Shown: piece after piece, positions 47,165 to 56,061 of the stretch
Numbering within the stretch: the first letter of the stretch is position 1
How the letters are laid out: each line of letters starts with the position of its first letter
Source: Gaiellaceae bacterium
GTDB lineage: Bacteria; Actinomycetota; Thermoleophilia; Gaiellales; Gaiellaceae
DNA: 62,154 nt
Direction of reading: 5' to 3'
NCBI GenBank assembly: GCA_049288455.1
Contig: JBAQHS010000298.1
Coordinates: 1 to 62,154, forward strand
Translations under genes and position numbers: made by a program
Notes under the pieces: model-generated
Databases searched by the model: none
Told to the model about the DNA's origin: nothing
Seen by the model: the letters and a program-made list of their open reading frames with translations, nothing else

Positions 47165-47877
47165 GCCACTTGCTCCTCGACGAGCTGGAGGAATGCTTCT
47201 TCAAGATCCTCGGTGCCGGTGCGCGCCCGTAGCTCGTCCGGAGTACCGCGTGCGAGCAGCCGGCCAGCTCGCAGAAGCAAGAGAGAGTCGCACCGGTTGG
47301 CTTCATCCATCACGTGACTCGAGACGAGGAGGGTCGCGCCGTCATTGTCTGCCACCTCGTGAAAAAGTCGCCAGAGGTCGCGGCGCAGCACGGGGTCCAG
47401 GCCCACCGTCGGTTCGTCGAGGAGAAGCACGTCTGGTCGCCCGATCAGAGCGGCAGCCAGTGAGACCCTCGCTCGCTGCCCTCCAGATAGATGTGAGACG
47501 ACGCGGTCGCGTTCCGCGCGGAGCGAGACCGCGTCGATCACACGCTCGACGGCGTCGCGGGGCGCCTCGAGTACGCGTGCGAAGAATCGCAAGTTCTCGC
47601 TGACGGTGAGGTCGTCGTACACCGATGAGGCCTGCGTCATGTAGCCGACGCGCGACCGGAGGCCCTTCGCGCCGGCCGGCTGGCCGAGGACTTCGATCTC
47701 GCCGCCGGCGACCCGTTGGACACCGGCGATCGCCCGGATCAAGGTCGTCTTCCCACTTCCGCTCGGCCCAAGCAGCCCGGTCACCGACCCGCGAGAAACG
47801 CTGCAGCTCAAGTCGTCGAGGACGACGGCTCGGCTGCGGATGACCCGCAGGCGGTCGATGCGGATTGCACTCGTCAT
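47161..47877 (-). CDS. ABC transporter ATP-binding protein
   Basis: Start ATG 47877 (MTSAIRIDRLRV), ATGA overlap with the upstream permease. 'GPSGSGKTT', 'LSGGQRARVSLAAAL', 'VLLLDEPTVGLDP'. Confidence 0.88.
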   Translation of the reverse strand: MTSAIRIDRLRVIRSRAVVLDDLSCSVSRGSVTGLLGPSGSGKTTLIRAIAGVQRVAGGEIEVLGQPAGAKGLRSRVGYMTQASSVYDDLTVSENLRFFARVLEAPRDAVERVIDAVSLRAERDRVVSHLSGGQRARVSLAAALIGRPDVLLLDEPTVGLDPVLRRDLWRLFHEVADNDGATLLVSSHVMDEANRCDSLLLLRAGRLLARGTPDELRARTGTEDLEEAFLQLVEEQVA

Positions 47878-49526
47878 AGTTCGGTCAGGTCGCGTCGGCG
47901 GAATGCGCCGACCGCAGCGAGCGCGCTGGCCGCGCCGATCGCGATCATTACGAGCGCGGCACCGAGACGGAAAGGCTGGCTGGGTACCAGTCCGACGTGC
48001 TGGAACGGCGTGAGGTCGACGAGCCATTTCGGCGCACCGATCAGCGAGCCGACGAGCTGCCACAGAAACGCGACTGCGACGAGCCCGTAGGCGATGCCGG
48101 TGCTGGCTCGCGGAGCGACCGCGTAGGCGAGCGCTGCGATGCCGAGAAAGAGAAGCGCGGTCGGCAGGCAGTTGGCGCCGGCTTCGAGCATCCGTGCCAG
48201 GGAGATGCTGACACCCGCCGAGGCGGCACCTGCCCAGGTCAGCAGGCCGGCAATCAAAGAGATCGCGACGGTCGCACAGGTTCCAAGCAGGAGCCTGCCG
48301 CCCAGCCAACGACGACGGCTGAGCGGCTGCGCAAGCAGCGTCTCGAGCTGATGCTCGGCTTCGGCTCGCCTGGCGGCGCCGACCTGCGCACACGCGAACA
48401 CGCTGACGGCCAAGACGAAGAAGATGAACACGAAGGCGAGATAGCCCGCGGGCGTCAGGATCGATCCCGAGCCGAGCTTCGCTATCTCCCTTCGCACACT
48501 CGGAGAGACGTCCGCCGGCGAGATGCTCTTCGAGACTGCGCCGAGTAGAAACGCGAATGCGGCGACGCTGCTCGTCCACACGATCAAGCTGCCGCGCTCG
48601 CTGCGTAGCGCCTGCGCGGTCGTCGAGGAAAGCAGACCGAGGTGAGGCTTCGAGCCGTGGCTACCGGAAAGGATGCCGGTGCCGATGTCTCGGCTAGAAC
48701 CGATCCATGAAGCGGCTGCGAGCAACAGCACAGTCGCCGTCACCGGAAGTAGGAGGACGAGCGGCTGCGGACCGCTGAATGGACGAAGCTGCTCGGCCCA
48801 CCCGAGCGGCGTAACCCAGCGCAACCACCCCGCGCCGGTCGTGGTGTCGGCGATGACCCGCAGCGCGAACAGCAACGCGACGGTGGCGGCACCCAACTCG
48901 AGCGCGGCTAGCCGCGTCGGCGCGAGTTGGCTCGCGATCGCGCCGATGCCGACGCAGACCGGCACGACGGAAGCGGTCGCGAGGGCGAGGTACGCGGAGC
49001 CGCCGGCCGGAAGACCTCCAGCGACGAAGCCTGCAAACTCCGCCAGCCAGAGAAGTAGGACGCCCGCCACGATCGCGGCTATCGCCGACAGGTTTGCCGT
49101 CCGCCGGCCGACAACCCCGGCCAACACGAGCTCCATCCGGCCGGCGTCCTCCTCGGCTCGGAACGCTCGGACTGCGGCGAGCACGCCGAAAGCGGCGGCC
49201 GCGATCGCCAGTGTCCCGCCGACGCGCCAGGCCGTGTAGCCGCTGACCGTCAGCAGGTTGTGTGGCTCGCCGTAGAGGAGGCGGAGCCCCTTGTTGTCCG
49301 CGAAGCTGCGAGCGAACGCGAGCCGGTCGGAGACCGCCGGGTAGGCATGGCGATAACCGAACGGCTGAATGTACGCGTACACGGCGAACAGATATGCGAA
49401 GACGACCGTGCGAGTCCGGGCGTCCAGGAATGCGCGGACCGCGAGCGCGCGCGCCGGTCCCAAAGACGCACTTACGCTTGTCTCGGCCGGGCGTCGCGCC
49501 GGGCGCGTCGCGTCAGTGGCCGACAC
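47874..49526 (-). CDS. Large (550 aa, about 12 TM) ABC transporter permease
   Basis: Hydrophobic throughout, with two similar halves. GTG start overlaps the upstream ATPase stop by 14 nt. Confidence 0.7.
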   Translation of the reverse strand: MSATDATRPARRPAETSVSASLGPARALAVRAFLDARTRTVVFAYLFAVYAYIQPFGYRHAYPAVSDRLAFARSFADNKGLRLLYGEPHNLLTVSGYTAWRVGGTLAIAAAAFGVLAAVRAFRAEEDAGRMELVLAGVVGRRTANLSAIAAIVAGVLLLWLAEFAGFVAGGLPAGGSAYLALATASVVPVCVGIGAIASQLAPTRLAALELGAATVALLFALRVIADTTTGAGWLRWVTPLGWAEQLRPFSGPQPLVLLLPVTATVLLLAAASWIGSSRDIGTGILSGSHGSKPHLGLLSSTTAQALRSERGSLIVWTSSVAAFAFLLGAVSKSISPADVSPSVRREIAKLGSGSILTPAGYLAFVFIFFVLAVSVFACAQVGAARRAEAEHQLETLLAQPLSRRRWLGGRLLLGTCATVAISLIAGLLTWAGAASAGVSISLARMLEAGANCLPTALLFLGIAALAYAVAPRASTGIAYGLVAVAFLWQLVGSLIGAPKWLVDLTPFQHVGLVPSQPFRLGAALVMIAIGAASALAAVGAFRRRDLTEL

Positions 49527-50412
49527 GGTCGTTCGACCCTTCGTAATGGTGGAGGAAGATCTCTTCCAGCGACGGCTCGCGACTGGTCAATGTTGCGACA
49601 GGGTGCCCAGCGAGGGCGGCGATCAGCGGGCCGACGCTGCCGGTCACCTCGAGCCGCAGTGCATTGGCGCCGGCGCTTGCGACGTGCACACCGGGGAGCG
49701 ACGGGAGCTCCGGCGCCCGCCCCACAAACGTCACCTCGACCGTCTGCGCGCTGAGATGGCGGAGCTGCTCCAGCGTCCCTTCGTCGACGAGCTTGCCCTC
49801 TCTGAGGATCCCGATGCGGTCGCAGACTGCCTCGACCTCGCTGAGGATATGTGAGGAGAGGAAGATCGTTTGCCCGCGCTCCTTCGCCTCCTCGGCGCAC
49901 TCGCGGAACGCCATCTCCATCAGCGGGTCGAGCCCACTCGTCGGCTCGTCGAGCAACAGCAAGTCTGCGCGGGTCGCGAGCGCCGCGATCAGCTGCACCT
50001 TCTGCCGGTTCCCCTTTGAGAGCGCCCGCACCTTCTTGCGCGTGTCGAGCTGGAAGCGCTCAACCAGCACGTCGCGGTATGTCTCGTCCGTATCGCCGTG
50101 GAGCCGCGCGAGGAACGCGAACGTCTCGGCGCTCGTGAGAGACGGCCACAAGAACGGCTCCCCCGCAACGTAGGCGACGCGTCGGTGCGCGGCGGCCGCG
50201 TCGCGCCAGGCGTCGACGCCATAGAGCTCGGCTCTGCCCGCCGTGGGCCGGTGCAGCCCGAGCAGCAGCCGGATCGTCGTCGTCTTTCCGGCACCGTTCG
50301 GGCCGAGGTAGCCATAGACCTCTCCGGCGTTCACGGTCAGCTCAAGCCCATCGACCGCGAGCGTGTCGCCGTAGCGCTTCGTAAGCGCTTCGGTGCGAAT
50401 CGCCGCGTTCAT
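49513..50412 (-). CDS. ABC transporter ATP-binding protein
   Basis: 'GPNGAGKTTT', 'LSKGNRQKVQLIAAL' and 'LLLLDEPTSGLDP' plus a C-terminal domain. Confidence 0.88.
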   Translation of the reverse strand: MNAAIRTEALTKRYGDTLAVDGLELTVNAGEVYGYLGPNGAGKTTTIRLLLGLHRPTAGRAELYGVDAWRDAAAAHRRVAYVAGEPFLWPSLTSAETFAFLARLHGDTDETYRDVLVERFQLDTRKKVRALSKGNRQKVQLIAALATRADLLLLDEPTSGLDPLMEMAFRECAEEAKERGQTIFLSSHILSEVEAVCDRIGILREGKLVDEGTLEQLRHLSAQTVEVTFVGRAPELPSLPGVHVASAGANALRLEVTGSVGPLIAALAGHPVATLTSREPSLEEIFLHHYEGSNDRVGH

Positions 50413-50676
50413 CCGGCGATGTTCCGCCCTGCTGCCAACAGGTCGCGACGCATCGGTGTGATCGTGCCACTGAGCAAAGCCGCTCTCCTTCGCCGTACGA
50501 CGTGCCTAGTGTGCACCCCCGCGCCGTGAACTCCATCGGCGGAGGAACGGACCGGGGTGTGGAAAGGCCGCACTCGGGCCGAGAGATCGTGGATAACCCG
50601 CATCTTTGGTGCGCAGCGCCCACGATGTCGTGCGCCCGGTGGCGGACGATGATCGTGGGCGACAAGGAGGTGGATT

Positions 50677-51222
50677 ATGTCTTCGCTGCGGCGCATCGAA
50701 TGCCAGGTGCTTCTGATCGGTCTCGCCTCGGTCATGGTTGCCGATCTCTTTCTCGACTGGCGCAGCGAGTCGACGCTCGATGCATTCGGTATCGCCGGTT
50801 CGCCCGGTCAGTCGACAGGGCTGGCTGGTTGGGGTTCTGTAGCCGTCGCATTGTTGGTCGCTTTGCTGATCATCGAGGCCGTCGATCTCGCAATCGTTAG
50901 ATGGAGCACGCGTCTCGTCGATGTCGAGGCGCTTCTCGCCGTCGGTGTCCTGGTCGCGACGACCGGGGCGTTCGTTGGTTGCGCGGTGGGCGTCTCGAGC
51001 CGTGGCGTCGTCGAAGTGACGCTGAATCGGGCGGACATGTGGCCGGCGTATGTCGGTGTTGCGCTGGCTGTGCTCGTTGCGTTTGTGGCGCTCGGTCGTT
51101 CGCTGATCGAGGCTCGTGTTGGTACGTCGCAACGAAGGGTGGGGCCGGCACCTTCGACCTCCAGCCCACGTCGCCGCGGCGATCGCCTTCCCCACGGAGT
51201 TGGGGGTCACGTCGCTTCCTGA
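50677..51222 (+). CDS. Hypothetical integral membrane protein (resembles 11678..12103)
   Basis: ATG follows AAGGAGG. TM1 followed by 'DLFLDWRS'. Four hydrophobic segments and a basic C-terminal tail. Confidence 0.55.
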   Translation: MSSLRRIECQVLLIGLASVMVADLFLDWRSESTLDAFGIAGSPGQSTGLAGWGSVAVALLVALLIIEAVDLAIVRWSTRLVDVEALLAVGVLVATTGAFVGCAVGVSSRGVVEVTLNRADMWPAYVGVALAVLVAFVALGRSLIEARVGTSQRRVGPAPSTSSPRRRGDRLPHGVGGHVAS

Positions 51223-51238
51223 CGGGCGGCATGAGAAT

Positions 51239-51417
51239 CGCCGAATTCTTATCCAGGGTTTCAGCGACGAAGGCCCCGACTCTTTGCGCTCGTGAACGGC
51301 GGGGCGTCGACGACGCATCGCTCCACGTACATTCCCGAATGCGGTGAGCGAGATCTTCCAGGAGAGGACGCGTACGTGGAACACTTTGCCTCGAGTGACG
51401 GTGCCGCGAATTCGGCG
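51239..51417 (+). promoter_or_regulatory. Structured 5' leader of mgtA (nested long-range helices), candidate riboregulator
   Basis: 10-bp helix cgccgaattc (51239-48) / gaattcggcg (51408-17) encloses a 9-bp helix tccacgtac (51322-30) / gtacgtgga (51372-80). The 3' arm of the outer helix ends 5 nt before the GTG start. Confidence 0.35.
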
Positions 51418-51422
51418 CTGAT

Positions 51423-54029
51423 GTGAACGAGGACACTGCGACCGTCGCCGCAAGTGATCGCGTTGCGGGGTTGGAGCCGGAGGTCGCCCTCGCGCTGTTC
51501 GGCGCAAAGCGCGGTGGCCTGACCAGCGAGGAAGCTGCTGCGGTCCGCCAGCGGACAGGCGCCAATGAGCTCGGCCGGTCCGGTCGCACCCTCCCGGCCG
51601 TGTTGCTCTCGCAGGTTCGAAGTCCGTTGCTGGCGTTGCTGTTCGTTGCGGCCGCGGTGTCGATCGGCGTCGGTGAGCGAACGTCGGGCGGGATCATCCT
51701 CGCGATCATGGCGCTGAGCGTCGGGCTTGGCGTCTTCAACGAGTTCCGCAGCGAGCAGACACTGGCCGCTCTGCGCGAGCGCACGGGCAGACGCGCGACC
51801 GCGCTGCGCGAGGGGGTGCCGTTCGAGCTGCCGGCCACCGAGCTCGTTCCGGGAGACGTCTGCGTGCTGCAGATCGGCGACGTTGTACCGGCCGACCTGC
51901 GTCTGCTGGGTGTGACCGAGCTGACCATTGACGAGGCGGCGCTGAGCGGTGAGCCATACCCGGTCGAGAAGCAGATCGCCGCAGTCCGCGACGGCGACGG
52001 CGTCGTTCACGCCAATTGCGCCTACATGAGCACGATCGTCCGTAGCGGTCGCGGTCTCGGCCTTGTCGTTGCGACGGGGATGCAGACACGGCTGGGCGCG
52101 GTTGCGGGTGGCCTGCAGGAGCGCCAGCCGCCGACCGCTTTCCAGCGTGGCTTGACCTCGTTTGCCAGCCTGCTCGCCAAGGTTACCGGCGTGCTCACGA
52201 TCTCGATCTTCATCATCAACGCCGGCCTCGGCCATCCGCTCCTTGACTCGCTGCTCTTCTCGCTGGCGATCGCCGTCGGGCTGACACCACAGCTGCTGCC
52301 CGCGATCGTCACCGTCAGCCTCTCGACTGGGGCGCGGCGAATGGCGGAGCGGAAGGTGCTCGTGAAACGTTTGGTAGCGATCGAGGACCTGGGCGACGCA
52401 GACGTGCTCTTCACCGACAAGACGGGGACTCTGACGGAGGGGGAGATTCGCTACCGCGAAGCAGTCGGGCCAACCGGAGCTATCAAGCGAGACCTCAATC
52501 TGCAGGGGTTGTTCTGCAGTGAGCTTGATTTCGAGCACGGCGGTGTACCGCTCGGTAATACGCTCGACCTTGCGCTCTGGCGGAGCCTTGAGCCGAAGGT
52601 CGCCGAGGCTGAGCTTTCACGTGCAGGGTGCGTCGCCACTCTCCCTTTCACCTTCGATCGCCGCCGTACCTCGGTCGTCCTCGATCGGGACGGCAAACGG
52701 CGACTGCTCTGCAAAGGGGCGGCCGAAGAAGTGCTCGCCCGCTGCACGACGGTTCGACTACCGACGGGGGTCGAGCCGATCCCAGCGGTACGACCTCAGG
52801 TCGAGCAAACGCTCGCGGAACTGCTCGACAACGGCCATCGCATACTCGCCTTGGCCGAGCGGCCAATCGAAACGAAGGCTCGCTACGGCGAGACGGACGA
52901 GCAGCAGCTCGAGTTACTCGGCTTCCTTGTCTTCGCCGACCCGCCCAAGGCTGACGCAGCGGAGTCGATCGCTCGGTTGGAGCGGCTCGGTATCGAGTTG
53001 AAGATCCTCACCGGGGACAACGAGCGAACCGCCGCCCATGTATGCGGAGAGCTCGGCCTGGCCGTCAAGGGCGTCGCCCGTGGCACGGACATGACCGGAC
53101 TCAGCGATGAGCAGCTGACGCAGCTGGTCGACGCGACGACAATCTTCGCGCGCGTGAGTCCTGAGCAGAAGGCGCTGCTTGTCGGCGCGGCGCAGGGTGC
53201 CGGCCAGGATGTCGCCTTTCTCGGCGACGGCGTCAACGATGCTGTCGCGCTGCATAAAGCCGACGTCGGCATCTCCGTCGACACCGCGGTCGACGTCGCC
53301 AAGGAAGCCGCCGATGTGCTTCTGCTCGAAAAGAGCCTGCGGGCGATCGCCGACGGCGTCGTGGAGGGCCGCCGCATCTTCGCCAACACCACCAAGTACG
53401 TCCTGATGGGCACGAGCTCCAACTTCGGGAACATGTTCAGCGCCGCCGGCGCCTCGCTGTTTCTCTCCTTCCTTCCGATGCTGCCCAGCCAGATCCTCCT
53501 CAATAACATGCTCTACGACTGCTCGGAGCTCACCATTCCGACCGACGACGTCGACGAGGAGCTGCTCGCCCGACCCGAGCATTGGGACATCGGCTTCATC
53601 CGCCGCTTCATGATCTTCTTCGGGCCGATCAGCTCGCTGTACGACTTCGCGACCTTCGCCGTCATGATCTGGGTCTTCCACGCGCACGCACCGCTCTTCA
53701 GAAGCGGCTGGTTCGTCGAATCGCTCGCGACGCAGTCCCTGGTCGTGTTCGTGATCCGCACCCGCCGTGTCCCGTTCTTCCACAGCCGACCGAGCCGGCC
53801 GCTGCTCGTAACCACCGTCGCTGTCGTTCTCGTCGGGCTGGCACTGCCCTATTCGCCGCTCGCATCCACACTCGGATTCCGCTCGCTCCCCTGGCTCTTC
53901 CTCGCCATCCTCGGTGCGATGACCGCTACCTACCTCGCGCTCGCAGAGCTTGGCAAGTCGTACTTTTACCGTCACTTGAGGAAACAAGGCACGAACTCGA
54001 CTGCTGTTACACCAGCGGCAACTCGCTAA
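51423..54029 (+). CDS. mgtA: Magnesium-translocating P-type ATPase
   Basis: 'DKTGTLT', 'GDGVNDAVALHKADVGISV'. 'EGRRIFANTTKYVLMGTSSNFGNMFS...FLPMLPSQILLNNMLYD...RFMIFFGPISSLYDFATF' is co-linear with the E. coli MgtA C-terminal half. Confidence 0.9.
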   Translation: MNEDTATVAASDRVAGLEPEVALALFGAKRGGLTSEEAAAVRQRTGANELGRSGRTLPAVLLSQVRSPLLALLFVAAAVSIGVGERTSGGIILAIMALSVGLGVFNEFRSEQTLAALRERTGRRATALREGVPFELPATELVPGDVCVLQIGDVVPADLRLLGVTELTIDEAALSGEPYPVEKQIAAVRDGDGVVHANCAYMSTIVRSGRGLGLVVATGMQTRLGAVAGGLQERQPPTAFQRGLTSFASLLAKVTGVLTISIFIINAGLGHPLLDSLLFSLAIAVGLTPQLLPAIVTVSLSTGARRMAERKVLVKRLVAIEDLGDADVLFTDKTGTLTEGEIRYREAVGPTGAIKRDLNLQGLFCSELDFEHGGVPLGNTLDLALWRSLEPKVAEAELSRAGCVATLPFTFDRRRTSVVLDRDGKRRLLCKGAAEEVLARCTTVRLPTGVEPIPAVRPQVEQTLAELLDNGHRILALAERPIETKARYGETDEQQLELLGFLVFADPPKADAAESIARLERLGIELKILTGDNERTAAHVCGELGLAVKGVARGTDMTGLSDEQLTQLVDATTIFARVSPEQKALLVGAAQGAGQDVAFLGDGVNDAVALHKADVGISVDTAVDVAKEAADVLLLEKSLRAIADGVVEGRRIFANTTKYVLMGTSSNFGNMFSAAGASLFLSFLPMLPSQILLNNMLYDCSELTIPTDDVDEELLARPEHWDIGFIRRFMIFFGPISSLYDFATFAVMIWVFHAHAPLFRSGWFVESLATQSLVVFVIRTRRVPFFHSRPSRPLLVTTVAVVLVGLALPYSPLASTLGFRSLPWLFLAILGAMTATYLALAELGKSYFYRHLRKQGTNSTAVTPAATR

Positions 54030-54118
54030 CACTGGCGATCGTCGATTGCGGAGAACCCGCAGTGGTATTCCGGGCGGGACCGGAAGCGGCTCGACAAGTC
54101 GCGCGGGAAGATGAACGC

Positions 54119-54286
54119 ATGTTCCTGCTGCTGGCGAGCTCGTCGATTTCCACTTCTGCCGCAGTCATCGTCGCGAGCTTCCTGATGATCGCTGCCGGCA
54201 TGAGCAAGAAGCGACTCGGCTGGCGTAGCGTCGAGTGCCCCGTCTGCCACCATCCGCGCGGCTCGTGCACCTGCCGCTGGCTCTGA
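54119..54286 (+). CDS. Small (55 aa) membrane protein with C-terminal CPxC...CxC motif; hypothetical
   Basis: ATG 54119, 8 nt after GGGAAG. 'MFLLLASSSISTSAAVIVASFLMIAAG' TM, then 'KKRLGWRSVECPVCHHPRGSCTCRWL'. GC3 is high, like the neighbouring genes. Followed by an 8-bp dyad gctgagcg/cgctcagc (54347-54386). Confidence 0.4.
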   Translation: MFLLLASSSISTSAAVIVASFLMIAAGMSKKRLGWRSVECPVCHHPRGSCTCRWL

Positions 54287-54430
54287 CTACCTGGCCTTGT
54301 GTCGTTGCGCCGCTGCCTAGGTCCAGCGTCGCGAATCCGTGAAGACGCTGAGCGGCTTCCGTGGAAACCCTGCTGCGCTGCTTCGCTCAGCGAGCGACGC
54401 TTGGATGACAGAACAAAAAGGAGGCGTGCG

Positions 54431-54883
54431 ATGACACGCAAGCTGGAACGGATCCTGATCGCCATCGACGACTCGCCGTCGGCGAGTGCAGCGATCGAGC
54501 AAGGGCTCGCAATCGCCGGGGACGAGGGCGCCCAGGTGATCTTCGCGCACGTCGTCTCGATCGCCGGCGAGCACTTTGTCCCAGGCGACGACAAGCCGGA
54601 CCGCGTGCCCGAGAAGGCACGCACGGAACTGCTCATCGAGGCGGAGTCCAAGGCTGCCGCCGCGGGGATCGAATGCGCGACGGAGCTTCTGATCGGCTAT
54701 CCGCCGAAGCAGATCGCGCTCCTCGCGGACGAGCTCGACGTCGACCTCGTCGTCATCGGCTCGCGGCACCTGACGGGCATCAAGCGGTTCCTGCTCGGCA
54801 GTACCTCCCGGGCGCTGCTCGGTGAGACCGTCCGCCCGATCCTCGTCGTGCCCGAGCCGGTGCTCGAGCCGGCACTGACGTGA
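54431..54883 (+). CDS. Universal stress protein (UspA family)
   Basis: ATG 54431 follows AAAAGGAGG. 'ILIAIDDSPSA', 'DLVVIGSRHLTGIKRFLLGSTS', 'PILVV'. Confidence 0.85.
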   Translation: MTRKLERILIAIDDSPSASAAIEQGLAIAGDEGAQVIFAHVVSIAGEHFVPGDDKPDRVPEKARTELLIEAESKAAAAGIECATELLIGYPPKQIALLADELDVDLVVIGSRHLTGIKRFLLGSTSRALLGETVRPILVVPEPVLEPALT

Positions 54884-54894
54884 AGGAGACGAAC

Positions 54895-55914
54895 ATGACC
54901 ACGCGCGTTGGCATCAATGGATTCGGCCGGGTGGGCCGGTGCGCCTTTCGCTCGGCGTTCGAGAGTGGTGCGCCGATTGAGTGGGCGGCGATCAATGACG
55001 TCGCCGACGTTGGCACGCTCGCACACTTGCTGCGTCACGACACGGTCTACGGGCCGTTTCCGGGCGAGATTGGTGTTGACGGCTCGGCACTCGTCGTCGA
55101 CGGGGTGAAGATCCCCGTCTTCGCGGAGACCTCGCCGGCGGCGATCCCGTGGGCGGATGTGTCGGCGGAGGTCGTCCTCGAATGCACCGGGAAGTTCCGG
55201 ACGCGCGCCGAGGCCGCCGGGCACCTTGCCGCCGGCGCCGAGAAGGTGATCATCTCGGCACCGGGCAAGGATGTCGACGCGACACTTGTCATGGGCGTGA
55301 ACTTCGAGAGCTACGACTCTCAGGCGCACGCGATCGTGTCGAACGCATCGTGCACGACCAACTGCCTCGCACCCGTTGCGAAGGTATTGCACGAGGGTCT
55401 CGGCATCCGCCATGGAGTGATGACGACGATCCATGCCTACACCGGCGACCAGCGGCTCGTCGACCTCCCGCACAAGGACCTCCGCCGGGCACGGGCTGCG
55501 GCGGCGAACATCGTCCCGACCTCGACCGGTGCGGCCAAGGCGATCGGGCTCGTCATCCCGGAGCTCGAGGGCAAGCTCCAGGGTTTCGCGGCCCGGATTC
55601 CGGTGCTCACTGGATCGCTCGTCGACCTGACGGTCGAGGTCGAGCGGGCGACCTCGGTCGAGGAGGTGAATTCCCTGTTCGCCGAGGCGGCCTCTCGGGA
55701 GCTTGAGGGCATCCTCTCCTACAGCGAGGAGCCGCTCGTCTCGTCGGACGTGATCAAGTCGCCGTTCTCGTCGGTCTTCGACTCCGGCCTGACGATCGTC
55801 ACGGATGGGACTCAGGTGAAGGTGATCGCCTGGTACGACAACGAATGGGGCTACTCGACGCGGCTCGTCGAGCTCGCTCAGCGGGTGCTCGTGCCCGTGG
55901 CGCTCGCCGTCTGA
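54895..55914 (+). CDS. gap: Type I glyceraldehyde-3-phosphate dehydrogenase
   Basis: 'VGINGFGRVGR', active site 'SNASCTTNCLAP', 'WYDNEWGYS'. ATG 54895 follows GAAGGAGA. Confidence 0.93.
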   Translation: MTTRVGINGFGRVGRCAFRSAFESGAPIEWAAINDVADVGTLAHLLRHDTVYGPFPGEIGVDGSALVVDGVKIPVFAETSPAAIPWADVSAEVVLECTGKFRTRAEAAGHLAAGAEKVIISAPGKDVDATLVMGVNFESYDSQAHAIVSNASCTTNCLAPVAKVLHEGLGIRHGVMTTIHAYTGDQRLVDLPHKDLRRARAAAANIVPTSTGAAKAIGLVIPELEGKLQGFAARIPVLTGSLVDLTVEVERATSVEEVNSLFAEAASRELEGILSYSEEPLVSSDVIKSPFSSVFDSGLTIVTDGTQVKVIAWYDNEWGYSTRLVELAQRVLVPVALAV

Positions 55915-55935
55915 CGCGCCGGTGATTCCAGGTGA

Positions 55936-55966
55936 CCGGCGGTCGGGGCTGAACCCCGGCCGCCGG
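55936..55966 (+). terminator. GC-rich terminator-like hairpin after gap
   Basis: 13-bp stem ccggcggtcgggg / ccccggccgccgg (one G-U), 5-nt loop, 22 nt after the gap stop. Confidence 0.55.
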
Positions 55967-56061
55967 CCGCTTACGCGCCGCGACACGACTGTGGGAATAC
56001 CGCGACCCGATCCGCGGCCACGCTGATGCCGGGCGCTGTGGCCGCCGGGAGACTCAAATCG

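Noticed and set aside
51223-51422. M-box (ykoK) Mg2+ riboswitch upstream of mgtA.
   Set aside because: I could not find the conserved M-box core strings by eye. The region is kept only as an unclassified structured leader, and a covariance-model scan is needed.
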